A DNA stretch of 64,000 nt. Origin: Candidatus Poribacteria bacterium. Its GTDB lineage: Bacteria > Poribacteria > WGA-4E > WGA-3G. How positions within the stretch are numbered: the stretch's first letter is position 1; each line of letters begins with the position of its first letter. The notes under the pieces were generated by a model. The model was not told the origin of the DNA. It made no database searches and saw nothing but the letters and a program-made list of their open reading frames with translations. Both the position numbers and the translations under genes were made by a program. Where the stretch lies: the NCBI GenBank assembly GCA_965197475.1, contig CBDANF010000002.1, positions 448,001 through 512,000 of the forward strand. Reading direction: 5' to 3'. Shown in pieces: positions 39,979-51,133 of the stretch.

Positions 39979-41194
39979 ATGCATTATCAATATCTTAAGG
40001 ATAAACCCACAAGGTTTGAGTCTCTTACAAGATATACACTTGAAGAGTTTTCAGTTCTTCTTCCGTACTTTATAAAACATTTTTTAGAGTATTATGCGAC
40101 AAAGACACTTGATGGAAACCTCGTAAAAAACGGCGATATACCACTTACAAAACGAGTTGTTTACCAAGTTTTGAAGATAAGTTATTGTTTATTTTAGTTT
40201 GCCTCCGCAAAGCGACCACACAAGATGTGCTGGGTGAACTCTTTGGTATGTGTCAACCTATAGCCAACAAATGGATCCATCGTCTTTTGCCGATATTAAA
40301 TGGTGCTTTAGTAGAGCTTGGGGAGTTGCCATCTCGGGAGACAATCCCCGCACCTTTTGATGTGCCTGCGGATACCTCGTCTGACCATCAGGTTTCCGAC
40401 CATTTTTTTCATGATGGCACAGAGCGTCCAATCCAGCGTCCCAAAGACCCACAAGTTCAAAAGGAAACCTATTATAGTGGTAAAAAGAAACAACATACCA
40501 TCAAGAATAACCTTGTTATACCATATCTAATTGACAAAATATCATAATAGCTTGTTTTATACCATACACCTTTCGCACCGCTGGTGCTTGGTTTCTTGTG
40601 GTATACTTTTCTATACACCTTCCGCACCGCTGGTGCTGAATACGATTGACTATAGCCTCGGAGAGGCAGCATGCGCGTATGGCATGCTGATGAGGTGTCC
40701 AGCAGCTGATGTCTGTGTTTACCAAGCCCCAGAGAGGCGACAGGTGTCCATTTTTTCCACCGCATAACACTAAAATTGACGCATAAGGGTATCGTAAACT
40801 TCTACCCGACGGACGAAATAATGCAATACAATCTCTTAGAAATGGTATTATCAATGCTGCGTGCAAAGTCGTGTTATTGACACCTTCATTTGAAGGGAGA
40901 ATACACGATAAACAGATCACAGATGTTGTAGGATACACCGTGCCGAATGGTAGCGACTTATATCAAGATTCCGGTTTTCATGGGTTTATACGCCCTGACA
41001 TAAACATCATTCAACCGAAAAGAAACCGAAAGGTAGCGAACTTACCCCCGAGGAAAAAGAAAAGAATCGTCTTATTTCGTCCATACGCATATAGGTTGAA
41101 CATGCGATCAGCGGTGTCAAAAGATACCGCATTGTCCAAGATAAGTTGCGCAACTGGAAGAAAGGTTTCAGCGACTTAGTCATGAAGTCATATT
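39979..41194 (+). pseudogene. Degenerate IS5/ISL2-like transposase (HTH_Tnp_4 + DDE_Tnp_4), multiply frameshifted, MITE-interrupted, 3' truncated
   Basis: DGTERPIQRP..P..QK..YSGKKK.HTIKN, HDK, QDSGFHG, VEHAISGVKR motifs spread over several frames. Confidence 0.85.
40519..40847. mobile_element. MITE (329 bp) with several REP-like units, inserted in the transposase
   Basis: TIR TACCATATCTAA/TTAGAAATGGTA; TTA duplication; removal restores NNLVINAACKVVLLTPS. Confidence 0.8.
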
Positions 41195-42174
41195 GAGTAA
41201 AACATAAGGATGTGGTAGAATAGGGAAAGAAAAGGATATAGTTTATGTCCCTTTTTTTCACTGGACATCCACATTTACTTTATGAAAGGTTTTATTATGG
41301 CAGACGAAACTCAAAAGGTTCCGAGATACAAAGGTATTCCCAAGCAGGTTTCCCGCAAGGATTTTAATCGTTATATCTTGCCCCATCTAAAGAAACGAGT
41401 GAAAGGGCCAAAGCCCAAACTCTCCTTCTATAAGATATTCAACTATATCCTCTATGTTTTGCATACTGGCATTCAATGGGAGCGGCTCCGCACACGGTGT
41501 CCTGAACTCCATTGGTCTAATGTCTATAAATGGCATAATAGATGGTCAAAAGACGGCTCGTATCAGAAACTTTTTGAAGCGTCTATCATACATCTGCTTG
41601 ATACTGATCAACTTGACACCTCTCAACTTCATGGTGATGGGTCAAATACCGTCGTAAAAAAAGGGGCAATGGCATCGGCTATTCGGGACACAAACATCAG
41701 AAAGGTGAAAAAGAGTTGACCATCACCGACAATCAAGGGTTCATCGTCAGTCCGATAACCACCAAACCGGTCAATCACCATGGGACAACGATTTTGCCCG
41801 AAGCATTCGCAGATTTTATCACCTTTACCCATCGCATTGGGATGGATCTCAGCGTATCTGCGCTAACGCTGGATTCCGGTTTTGATTCCAAAGAGGATCA
41901 TAAGATTATCAAAGAACAAGGGATTATCCCAGTGATCTATCCGAACCGACGGAATGCCAAAGAACCTATTGTCATCGCTCGCAAGTTCCGGTGGTTTAGC
42001 AAAGATATGGACAAAAACCGATATAAAGTAGAGCGAACTTTCGGTTGGCAAGGGACTTATCGGAAACTCGCTCTTAGCTACGATAAACTTAAAGAAACCC
42101 GTTTAGGTTTTCGTTATTTAGCATATTCAATGATAAACTTTCGGGGGACTTTCAACGATGCTTAGCTCGTACTC
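41195..42174 (+). mobile_element. IS5-family element, two-ORF type
   Basis: Weak TIRs GAGTAaaacaTAAGgAT / GAGTAcgagcTAAGcAT; right end coincides with the truncation point of the TonB receptor; no TSD. Confidence 0.7.
41282..42165 (+). CDS. IS5-family transposase expressed via -1 frameshift
   Basis: ILYVLHTGIQW (DUF4096-like), HGDGS, slippery A7G4 at 41656-41666, -1 frame GYSGHKHQKGEK, DSGFDS, VERTFGW. Confidence 0.85.
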
Positions 42175-43778
42175 GCTATGAGTTCATAGATAGTTTCACG
42201 TGTATCAGGTTCATCACGCGAGGCACGAGAATAAGTAAGCCTCCATTCTAAGAAAATATCAGGTTGATCTGTTCCCATATCTGCTGCGTCTGCTACAGCT
42301 TCGTCAATAGAATCCAGATTTTCTTCAATAGAACCGCTCTCAATTTCTGATTCACCAACATTAAAACTGTGGGAGCCAGCCAATTGTTCTGAGAAAAGTT
42401 GACGTTCAACATATCGTAGTCGTGCACTTCGCATATCCGTGTTTCTATCTTGGTTGAATCCTGCCCATGTTCGGGTTTGGTTTTCTGCTGTGTGGGTTGT
42501 AAGCGTGCGTAAACTTAAAAGATGATCTTCTGATAAACGGAGACTGATGTTAACGACACTACCCCAATCCACTTCATGATTACTCTCTTCTACATCGTAA
42601 TCGGTTTTTGTTGTAAGGACATCGTTTAATCCTATCCCAAAATCTCTGCGGACTTGCTTGTTATAACTATGCCCATTACCATAAGAGATCACGCCAAGAT
42701 AACCGAACTGCTTGCCGAAGAGGGTACTGTTATTACCGATGCTAAATTTATAACCCTGATTTACAGGAACAACATATCGTTCAGCGGACCAAACATTAGA
42801 GAAAGCCCGTCCAAATTCCTGGATTTCCGCGGCTGTGTACCCTCTGGTGGTGAAGCGGCCGCGTTCGCGAATAGGAATATCTTCAGGTTTCTCTTGGATA
42901 ATTGTGGGAAGATCACGCGAACCGTCGTCAAATCCCAAAAAGTCAAGACTTCCGCCGGGATACGTCAATCCTTCTGTGCCGGTTGCCTGTGTGTTAAAAC
43001 CAGTTGACAGAGACAACGACATGGTTAACGCCTCTGGAAAATCTTTTGTGAATACTTGCACCGAACCACCAGCAAACCCGCCCGGTTGATCGGGTGAAAA
43101 TGTTTTCACGGTTTGCAAACTTGTGAGCAAACTTGCCGGAAAGATGTCCATCGGCACAACCCGGCGGTTCGGTTCCGGACTCGGAATCTCAACATTGTTC
43201 AGAAGTGTATTACTATAGCGTTCCCCTAACCCACGTACAAACACGTACTTGCCACCTACAATACTGACACCTGTTACACGCTTAATTGCCTGCGCTGCTG
43301 AGGAGTCTGGCAGCCGACTGATCTTTTCGGTACTAATGCTGTCCTCAATTCGAGAGCTCCGCATCCGTTTTTCAAGAAAACCACGTTCTCCAGATTGACT
43401 TAATCGCACCTTCAGGTTAATCGCATCTAACTTCACAACTTGTGGTTCAAGCGTCACCCGTAACGGCTCCGACAAACCCCTGGCGTTGACTTCAATATCA
43501 GAAAGTACAGAAGCATTGTAGAACTGCGCGGACACTTGGAAGGTATAAGTGCCAGCGGGTAATTCTAAAGAAAATGCGCCTGTTTCATCAGTCTTGACCT
43601 TGATGTCTGTGTTTGCAACCTTTATAGTGACATCTGTTAACGGTGTATCCGTATCACTATCTACGACAACACCAGTAATTCTTACGGTCTGTTGTGTTTC
43701 TTGGGCAGCAGCACCCACCGTCAAGATAAGTCCTATACCAAACATTAATAACAACAATCCGATGTAAAGGCTTTTCAT
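42175..43778 (-). pseudogene. TonB-dependent receptor, C-terminal part of barrel missing
   Basis: Signal peptide, carboxypeptidase-regulatory-like domain, plug (KRVTGVS, VRGLGERYS..LLN, KTFSPD.PG.FAGG); ends abruptly at the IS end with no terminal aromatic strand. Confidence 0.9.
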
Positions 43779-43989
43779 TTTACCTCTCATTTTAATTCGT
43801 AGGTTTAAGATCACACTATCTATTCTCAAAGCAACTCCAATGGTGAAGAAATTTTAACCCGAAAATGAAACAAAATTGTGATATTTTTTTGGCAAATACA
43901 AGAAATTATTTTTTTGCTTGTATTTGACTGCCTAAACCTGCAATAATTAACCTACATAAGTGTTAGTACTGAAACGGAGAATCCAATAC

Positions 43990-44571
43990 ATGAAGGCTGA
44001 ATTGCATCGGAAGAGCACACATCTGTCTGGATTGATATTTCCTATAATTTACTTCTTTTTAGATCAATCCATCATGTTGGTCATCGTGGGAAGTTTTACC
44101 TGTATCGCGATTAGTGTGGAGTTGGCAAAATGGTTCTTTCCACCTTTCAGACAATTATTTTTTCACTATCTCAAACCACTTCTGCGTCCACACGAACAGA
44201 AAGGCGCGATTACTGGCGCGACTTACTACATCGTCAGTACTTTGTTATGTGTTCTCATCTTTGACAAACCTATCGCAATAGTCTGCATTATATTCATTGC
44301 TTTAGGGGATACTGCTGCTGCCTTGGTTGGAAGTAAATGGGGACGTACAAAACTTATCGGAAATAAGAGTTTGGAGGGAAGTGCCGCGTGTTTTATCATT
44401 TGTACTGCGATAACACTTTTCTGGCGGAATCCAAATCCAATTGTCGGTCTTACCGGCGCATTTGTTGCAACCCTCGTTGAACTTCTTCCCCTTCGAATAA
44501 ATGATAACCTGACAATGCCTCTTATTTCTGGCACTGTGATGCAGATCATGATTAATTATCTACCGTTGTAA
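43990..44571 (+). CDS. Diacylglycerol/polyprenol (phytol/dolichol) kinase family membrane protein
   Basis: RKSTH, R.HE, GDTAAALVG, KSLEGS, DNLTMP. Confidence 0.85.
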   Translation: MKAELHRKSTHLSGLIFPIIYFFLDQSIMLVIVGSFTCIAISVELAKWFFPPFRQLFFHYLKPLLRPHEQKGAITGATYYIVSTLLCVLIFDKPIAIVCIIFIALGDTAAALVGSKWGRTKLIGNKSLEGSAACFIICTAITLFWRNPNPIVGLTGAFVATLVELLPLRINDNLTMPLISGTVMQIMINYLPL

Positions 44572-44697
44572 CGGTGCAGTTGCGAAAAGGCAACCTCTAT
44601 CTTACATTCTGCTTTCCTGCAATATGAAACTTTACTACCACAAACCACAAACAATTCCACTTGACAATTAGTTCAATATCCTATACCTTATATTAAT

Positions 44698-45537
44698 ATG
44701 TCAACTGAAACATGCAGAAAACCGATTCAACCGACAGAAAATTTTCGTGCGATTCCTGTAGCGGTTCCCGAGAATCTTGCAAATATCCGCATAATCCTTT
44801 TTGAACCACGTGAACCCGGAAATATCGGCTCTGCCGCCAGAGTTGTGAAGGGCATGGGTCTATCACAACTTTACCTTGTAAATCCCGTACCGTTCCAGAA
44901 TGTGGACGCAGCGTGGTATATGGCACACGGTGCAAAGGACGTTCTGGAAAACTGTCACATTGTTCCTGAACTGAAAGACGCACTTGACGGGGTAAAATAT
45001 CTTGTCGGCACAACGCACCGCCGCCGTGATGCGCGTCTACCAGATCCCGTTACTGCCCGCGAAGCTGCACACACAATCGCATCCGTTTCACAAGATAAAA
45101 CGGTTGCCTTACTTTTTGGACGCGAAGACTTCGGGTTGTCCACTGATCAGATAAGTCTCTGTCAGTTGACAGCAAGTGTTCCGATGGCAACCAAAAATCC
45201 ATCTCTGAATTTAGCGCAAGCTGTGCAGATATTTGCTTATGAAGTGTTCATTGCGAGTTTGGGTGATCACCCTCCCTCGGATATTGATTATGCCGAAGTC
45301 AACGCATTGGAAGAATTTTACGGGAGGGTCGTACGTTTATTAGATAAGGTTGGGGTGACTCCTTATAATCAGGATTGGGAGACGTATCTAAAATCGTTGC
45401 GACGTGTTTTCTCACGTGCACCGCTTGAGGATCGAGACATTGCTACGCTTGACTTGATCTTCTCTACAACCTATCGGCATATTGTGCAGTTGGAAGAGAG
45501 ATTAGGAATGACACAAAGTAGCAGACACACGCAGTAG
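44698..45537 (+). CDS. trmJ: SPOUT RNA methyltransferase, TrmJ/LasT family
   Basis: PGNIGSAARVVKGMG, FGREDFGLS, SLNLAQAV. Confidence 0.85.
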   Translation: MSTETCRKPIQPTENFRAIPVAVPENLANIRIILFEPREPGNIGSAARVVKGMGLSQLYLVNPVPFQNVDAAWYMAHGAKDVLENCHIVPELKDALDGVKYLVGTTHRRRDARLPDPVTAREAAHTIASVSQDKTVALLFGREDFGLSTDQISLCQLTASVPMATKNPSLNLAQAVQIFAYEVFIASLGDHPPSDIDYAEVNALEEFYGRVVRLLDKVGVTPYNQDWETYLKSLRRVFSRAPLEDRDIATLDLIFSTTYRHIVQLEERLGMTQSSRHTQ

Positions 45538-45567
45538 GTCCTTGTCTGCGTCGTTATGGAGGAAAAC

Positions 45568-47163
45568 ATGAAAACATTTGGCACTCACGGCCCCGTGAAT
45601 CCTGAAGATCATTACGTTGTCTCACGCGGCGCGGAACTCGCTGATTTCATCAACCGCGTCAAGCAGGGACGATATATCGTTATATTCGCCCCTCGGCAAA
45701 CAGGTAAAACGACATTCTTCCAATGGGCTCTTGAGACGCTCACAGCTGATCGGACAGAAACATACTTCCCGATTGAACTGAATTTTGAGGTTTATGAAGA
45801 TTATAGTGCGTCCGATTTTTACACCTCACTTTATGAAAGCATATACGAGGAGATTAAATGTGTCTTTGAGAAACGCGGATACGTGCCGTCTGAAACGCTA
45901 AGCCAATTCTTGGAAAACACGAAGTTAACCGATCACGTTGCAATGCTCAGATTCTTTCAACAGTTCGGAGCTTTTCTTGGAGATGAGAAATTAGTTCTCA
46001 TCATTGACGAATTTGATGGCATTCCTCGTGATGCCGTGAGCGGTTTCTTGCATGCACTCCGCACTATCTATGTTCAACGTTCTATGCGTGAATGTCCCTA
46101 CAGCATTGGTATTGTAGGGGTTAAGAACATTACACAACTCAATCTAAACCGTTCTATTTCACCGTTCAATATCCAGGACGAGTTCACTTTGCCGAATTTC
46201 ACCTTTGAACAGGTGCGTGATCTACTTGCTCAGTACACGGATGAGGTCGGTCAAACCTTCGCCCCTGAGGTCATTGAGAATATTCACAGACAGACTGCTG
46301 GACAACCTTTCCTTGTCAACCGATTCGCGCTGATGCTCACAGAGGAGATGAACATTCCGAAAACAGAAACAATTACGATGACGCACTTTTCACAGGCACA
46401 CACAGAAATACGCGAAGAAGATAACGCAAACCTCACACATCTGATGACCAATATCCGTAGAGACCCACACTATAAAAATATCTTGATGCGAATCGTTTCT
46501 TATGAAAGGGGCATGCGCTTTAACCCACGCAGAGAAATCATCAGTGAACTTGTTACACTCGGTGTAATCGGAAAAGCACCGGATGGGATGTGTCAAATTG
46601 TTAATCCGATTTACCAGTATTGCATCCTGCAGGCGTTCAAGCCTGAGATGAATGGACTTGAGCAAGACTACCTCCCTGAAGACACCGATTTTCTGGACTA
46701 TCTCACGCCGACAGGACAGATTAATATGGAACTGCTCCTTGATAATTTCCAAAATTTCATTGCACGCGTAGGGTATCGGATACTCCAAGTCCCAGAAACC
46801 CCGAAAGAATATGTTGGGCAAGACCTCCTCTACGCCTATCTTGACCAGTTTGTCAGCCTGATTCGTGGTGCAATGTTCCTTGAAGCACAAACGGGACGTG
46901 GCAGGATGGACATGATAATCTTTCACAACGGATGTAAGTCCATCGTTGAAACAAAGATTTGGGAGGGGAAACTGCGCTATGATGCAGGTAAAAAACAACT
47001 GTCCGCATATCTCAAATTAGAACGTGTGTGTGAAGGATATTACGTCGTTTTCGATCATCGTACCGAACCGGAACCACGCGTAGAAACAGAGACGATAGAT
47101 GGGGTGACTATCCGATGCTACGTCATTCCTGTGGTACAGGAAGTCCCTTCACATCAGACATAA
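45568..47163 (+). CDS. AAA-like ATPase (AAA_35-type) with C-terminal PD-(D/E)XK-like domain
   Basis: APRQTGKTT, IIDEFD, SPFNI, TAGQPFLVN, GRGRMD...IVETK...QL..YL. Confidence 0.8.
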   Translation: MKTFGTHGPVNPEDHYVVSRGAELADFINRVKQGRYIVIFAPRQTGKTTFFQWALETLTADRTETYFPIELNFEVYEDYSASDFYTSLYESIYEEIKCVFEKRGYVPSETLSQFLENTKLTDHVAMLRFFQQFGAFLGDEKLVLIIDEFDGIPRDAVSGFLHALRTIYVQRSMRECPYSIGIVGVKNITQLNLNRSISPFNIQDEFTLPNFTFEQVRDLLAQYTDEVGQTFAPEVIENIHRQTAGQPFLVNRFALMLTEEMNIPKTETITMTHFSQAHTEIREEDNANLTHLMTNIRRDPHYKNILMRIVSYERGMRFNPRREIISELVTLGVIGKAPDGMCQIVNPIYQYCILQAFKPEMNGLEQDYLPEDTDFLDYLTPTGQINMELLLDNFQNFIARVGYRILQVPETPKEYVGQDLLYAYLDQFVSLIRGAMFLEAQTGRGRMDMIIFHNGCKSIVETKIWEGKLRYDAGKKQLSAYLKLERVCEGYYVVFDHRTEPEPRVETETIDGVTIRCYVIPVVQEVPSHQT

Positions 47164-47384
47164 AATTTATGTGAACACATAGGAACGGTGCAGGTACGCT
47201 GCATTTGATTTAATTGTGAGGAAATAGGTGTTGTTGCACAGTGCCATTCAGTTTCTGATGTTAAGGCGAATGTTGCTTGACAATATCACCAATTTTTGAT
47301 AACCTATTGATAGTTTTAATAGTTGAGTTGAAACGTAAGGCGAATTTAAGAATTTAGCACTAAATTATAAAAGGGGAATTTGAT

Positions 47385-47969
47385 ATGACCAAATCTCTTA
47401 ACGTCCTTTTAGCCGTTGTAGCTGGAGTGATTCTGATAGCAGCAATTGTTTTCTTTAAAACTCGAGATTCTGGATCTATCCAAGTTGAAGTTACAGCTAG
47501 AACAGGGACAAAAGTTTTTGCAAAATTACCTGGAGGCGAGGAACAGTTCCTCAACAGTGTTTCGACACTTGCAGACGGTAAAATAAAGGTGGATGTCCCG
47601 ATTGACGCGGACCTCATTTTGAGATATAACAATGAAGAAGAAATCTTTGCTTACGAGATATGGAAGGAAAAAAAGTCAATTGCACATGATTTCGATGCTT
47701 TTGTATCTATTCAAATTAACGCAATTCCATGGGCGGAGGTACTCATAAAGTTACCTGAAAATAACGATTACATGTTGCCACGAATACAAGATTTTATAAT
47801 TCCTCCAGAACCTAATGAACAGAATACTAATGTTACTCCTATACGCGGAGGCCTGAAAGTCCCGATTGGCACAACGATTAAATTGTTGTATCAAGGGAAA
47901 GAGAAGGTTTTCTCCTATGAGGAATGGAAGGAAGATGCGCGAATCTCACACAATTTTTCAAATCCCTGA
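47385..47969 (+). CDS. Membrane-anchored protein with two PEGA-like repeats
   Basis: N-terminal TM; internal repeat KLP...VPI...L.Y...E..F.YE.WKE...I.H.F twice; INAIPWAEV. Confidence 0.65.
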   Translation: MTKSLNVLLAVVAGVILIAAIVFFKTRDSGSIQVEVTARTGTKVFAKLPGGEEQFLNSVSTLADGKIKVDVPIDADLILRYNNEEEIFAYEIWKEKKSIAHDFDAFVSIQINAIPWAEVLIKLPENNDYMLPRIQDFIIPPEPNEQNTNVTPIRGGLKVPIGTTIKLLYQGKEKVFSYEEWKEDARISHNFSNP

Positions 47970-48006
47970 TTGCGTTTAAAGATTCTGAAAATAGGAGACA
48001 CGTTTG

Positions 48007-50889
48007 ATGAGCAAGTTTTGGATCGTGATCTTGATACTACTTTCAGTGATTTTGGTGACTCCAAGCCCTATAAACGCTGATGACCTTCTGATAGACGTTG
48101 AAATCCTTTCGGGGATCCACCCTAAAAGACGACTAGTAGACTATGGTATTCCTCGCAGTTACTCTTGGACATTTGAGAGCGAGGATTACACGGTTATATT
48201 AGCGATAGACCAACAAGAATACAATACGATTCGCAATGACCAAAGGAAACGGCAGTATAATTTCAAGCATTTTGCTCCAATGGTGTATAAAGGAGTCGAT
48301 TCATTAGAGGAGTTAATCAATGAGTTTAAGCAGGTAATACCCAAAACTTGGAGTGAAGAAAGGAGAGTGAATTTTGTCCTTGCTTTCGTTCAAGCCATTC
48401 CTTATAAAGACGACGAAACGACTGGATACGATAGAGAATATTATAAACATCCAATTGAAACGCTCACCGAAGGCCAAGGTGACTGCGAAGATACCAGCAT
48501 GCTTTTTGCCTCCATTCTTAGTGGATTAGGCTTTGAATCGGCATTGTTAGTTTTACCACCAGTCCGTCCAGACGGTCCAGGCCACGTTGCTGTCGGTGTC
48601 AAAGGTGACTTTCAAGGGTATTTCGAGTCATACGGAAACGATAAGTATTATTATTGCGAAACAACTCGTCGATGGTACAAGGAAGGCAAAACTATTTATG
48701 AACTCAAGTTAGGCGTGATACCACCACGGTTAGTAGGCAGAATAAAGAAGATTATGCCAATTACCCCAAAACCAGTTTCACCTAAACCGGTCACTCCACA
48801 AATTGTTACACCGATACCAAAGTTCCCAGTATCTCCTTCCTCCCAAAATGCTCTTCAAAATGGCATCAACCTGTATAAAGATGCTCGATACAACGAGGCA
48901 ATTAAATCCTTACAGTTAGCCTTATCCGGGCTTAGCAAATCAGAACAGCGAGCTCAAGTTTATATCTACTTAGGGGCAGCAGAATTGGGATTCGGGAAAA
49001 GTATTCCTGAAGTAAAAGCTCGATTTCAAGAGGCACTTCGCCAAAATCCCGATCAAGAATTACCCTGGCCTAATCATCAAAAGTTTAAGCCTTTATTTGA
49101 AGAAGCACGCAGAGAATCAATAGGCGAATTGACCGTTTTCGCTTCACTACCCCAAACAGAAATCTGGATTTACGAGAACGGAATTAATAGAAAAAAATTA
49201 GGTACTGGAACAAGTCGAATCAATCTTAAACTATTTAAAGGCACTTACACAATAGAAGGGGTTTATGAAGGAGTATCTAAAAAGCAGAAAATCGAAATTG
49301 CACCTAATACTCATAAGAAACTTGAGATAGAGATACCGCCTATCGTCAAGCATACGCCTGTCTCAGAAGTCTCTGTCGGAGAAATAATTCCACTTACCTT
49401 AAGTTTAACCAGCCCCAATAGACCTAACCAAGTCAAGATTTATTATAACACCTACGATAAAAATAACAATGAATTAGAACGAAATAATAAAAAAATGCTT
49501 CTATCGCGCCGGGATCGTGCGTCGTTGATATGGACCTACGAGGTGGACTTGCCTTCACAAAAGCGTGCTGGTTCAATTAGATATTACATCCAGGTTGAAT
49601 ATGAAGATCGTATGGTGGTAAGGCATCCGAAAAGCCGATATCGTTACCATCAAATCTCAATTACTGATGATGTATCTCCAATTGATAATAAGTCCCCAAC
49701 AATTGTTTTACGAAATTCACCTACAACTGTTAACATTAATCAAGAAATTACCATCAATGCAGAAATAACAGATGACACCGCTGTCGAATCGGTTTACCTT
49801 TTTTACGCTTTTTCACTGTCCAGAAACTTCAAACCTTCACAATATTATCGCAGGGTTCTCACAAAAACCTATTTGGATATATACACTGGACGTATTCTAC
49901 CTCAAAAGGATCCTGGATATATCTGGTATTATCTGACTGCAACTGATACAGAAGGAAATGAAGGCAAGACAGAAAAGAGAGTGTTGGAAATTAAATCCAG
50001 TCGCAAGCATACTCCACCTCACAATCAACCTCCAAGAATAGTTTTTCAAGATACAATTCGAACCTCCGAAGTCAATCAGCGAATTCCCGTCAAAGCAAGA
50101 GTAACAGATGATACTGCTGTCAAATCGGTTTACCTTTTTTATGGTTTTTCACGGTCTAGAATTTCAGAACCTTCAAAATATTATATGAAGGCCCTCACGA
50201 AAAACACTTTAGATATATACACCGGTCATATTTCACCTCAGCGCGAGGTTGGATACATCTGGTATTATTTGACTGCAATTGATACAGAAGGAAAGAAAGG
50301 TAAGTCAACAAAGAAAGTACTGGAAATTAAATATAGTTCCCGTTATACTCCAAAACCCAAACCAACACGGCCAGTGGAGCCTTCTACTGATCAATCTTCC
50401 TCACCACCTATTGTCCATCAAGGAATCTGGACTAGCCATGCATGGTCAGATGACGTTTTAAAAGGAGGTAGCTCCACTTTTGGATTGGAGCAGGGTAATG
50501 CATTTAGTTTCGCTTACCTACGAGAAGGGAAAACTCATCAGACATTTGGTGCACAATTGGACTTATACTATCAAAATTCCTTGAATCCAAGTATTACATT
50601 TCAGTGGGGACCCGCTTTAGGAAAAAGTCCTATTGTGTTTGCGTTCCTTGGAGGCTTTGCAGGAGATACGCCATTCCTCGGTACAAGTTTAAAACTCTAT
50701 CCAGTTGATAGAGTTTCAATCGATGTTACACTACTCCGATCAGTTCTTGACACAACACACCCTTATCACTATGAAATGGGAATCCGAGTTTATAAAACCC
50801 GCGAATTAAACTTGCAGATCGGAAGTCAATGGAACTTAGGTAATGGAAACATCACCAAGATGCAGATAGGGTTTGGATTTACCTTCTGA
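48007..50889 (+). CDS. Secreted multidomain protein: transglutaminase-like Cys domain, TPR, PEGA-like, Ig-like repeats, possible small C-terminal beta-barrel
   Basis: FVQAIPY..D, P.ETL...GDCED..MLFASIL, GHVAVG, Y.ETT; Pro-rich linkers; two ITDDTAV.SVYLFY...YYLTA.D repeats; ends MQIGFGFTF. Confidence 0.75.
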   Translation: MSKFWIVILILLSVILVTPSPINADDLLIDVEILSGIHPKRRLVDYGIPRSYSWTFESEDYTVILAIDQQEYNTIRNDQRKRQYNFKHFAPMVYKGVDSLEELINEFKQVIPKTWSEERRVNFVLAFVQAIPYKDDETTGYDREYYKHPIETLTEGQGDCEDTSMLFASILSGLGFESALLVLPPVRPDGPGHVAVGVKGDFQGYFESYGNDKYYYCETTRRWYKEGKTIYELKLGVIPPRLVGRIKKIMPITPKPVSPKPVTPQIVTPIPKFPVSPSSQNALQNGINLYKDARYNEAIKSLQLALSGLSKSEQRAQVYIYLGAAELGFGKSIPEVKARFQEALRQNPDQELPWPNHQKFKPLFEEARRESIGELTVFASLPQTEIWIYENGINRKKLGTGTSRINLKLFKGTYTIEGVYEGVSKKQKIEIAPNTHKKLEIEIPPIVKHTPVSEVSVGEIIPLTLSLTSPNRPNQVKIYYNTYDKNNNELERNNKKMLLSRRDRASLIWTYEVDLPSQKRAGSIRYYIQVEYEDRMVVRHPKSRYRYHQISITDDVSPIDNKSPTIVLRNSPTTVNINQEITINAEITDDTAVESVYLFYAFSLSRNFKPSQYYRRVLTKTYLDIYTGRILPQKDPGYIWYYLTATDTEGNEGKTEKRVLEIKSSRKHTPPHNQPPRIVFQDTIRTSEVNQRIPVKARVTDDTAVKSVYLFYGFSRSRISEPSKYYMKALTKNTLDIYTGHISPQREVGYIWYYLTAIDTEGKKGKSTKKVLEIKYSSRYTPKPKPTRPVEPSTDQSSSPPIVHQGIWTSHAWSDDVLKGGSSTFGLEQGNAFSFAYLREGKTHQTFGAQLDLYYQNSLNPSITFQWGPALGKSPIVFAFLGGFAGDTPFLGTSLKLYPVDRVSIDVTLLRSVLDTTHPYHYEMGIRVYKTRELNLQIGSQWNLGNGNITKMQIGFGFTF

Positions 50890-51133
50890 GACTCTATGCA
50901 TAATCGTCCAGTCTCGGTTTTTCACATCTTCTGTAGAAGGTGCAGAAATCACAATTCTCAAAGTCCAAAACGTATTCTAAGCCGTTTAGTTTCTGTTCCC
51001 TAAGTCATAATGTGTGCCTCAGAAATTGGGTTACGGAGAACTGAATGGCATTGGGATAGAGAATTCTGCTTGAAATTTTGAGTATACTGGCGTATTATAT
51101 ATAATATACATATCCTTGTTAGGCTTAGACGAA

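Noticed and set aside
40560-40750. CRISPR array from the repeated cgcaccgctggtgct units
   Set aside because: Only two close copies, other units inverted and degenerate, all inside a TIR-bounded MITE
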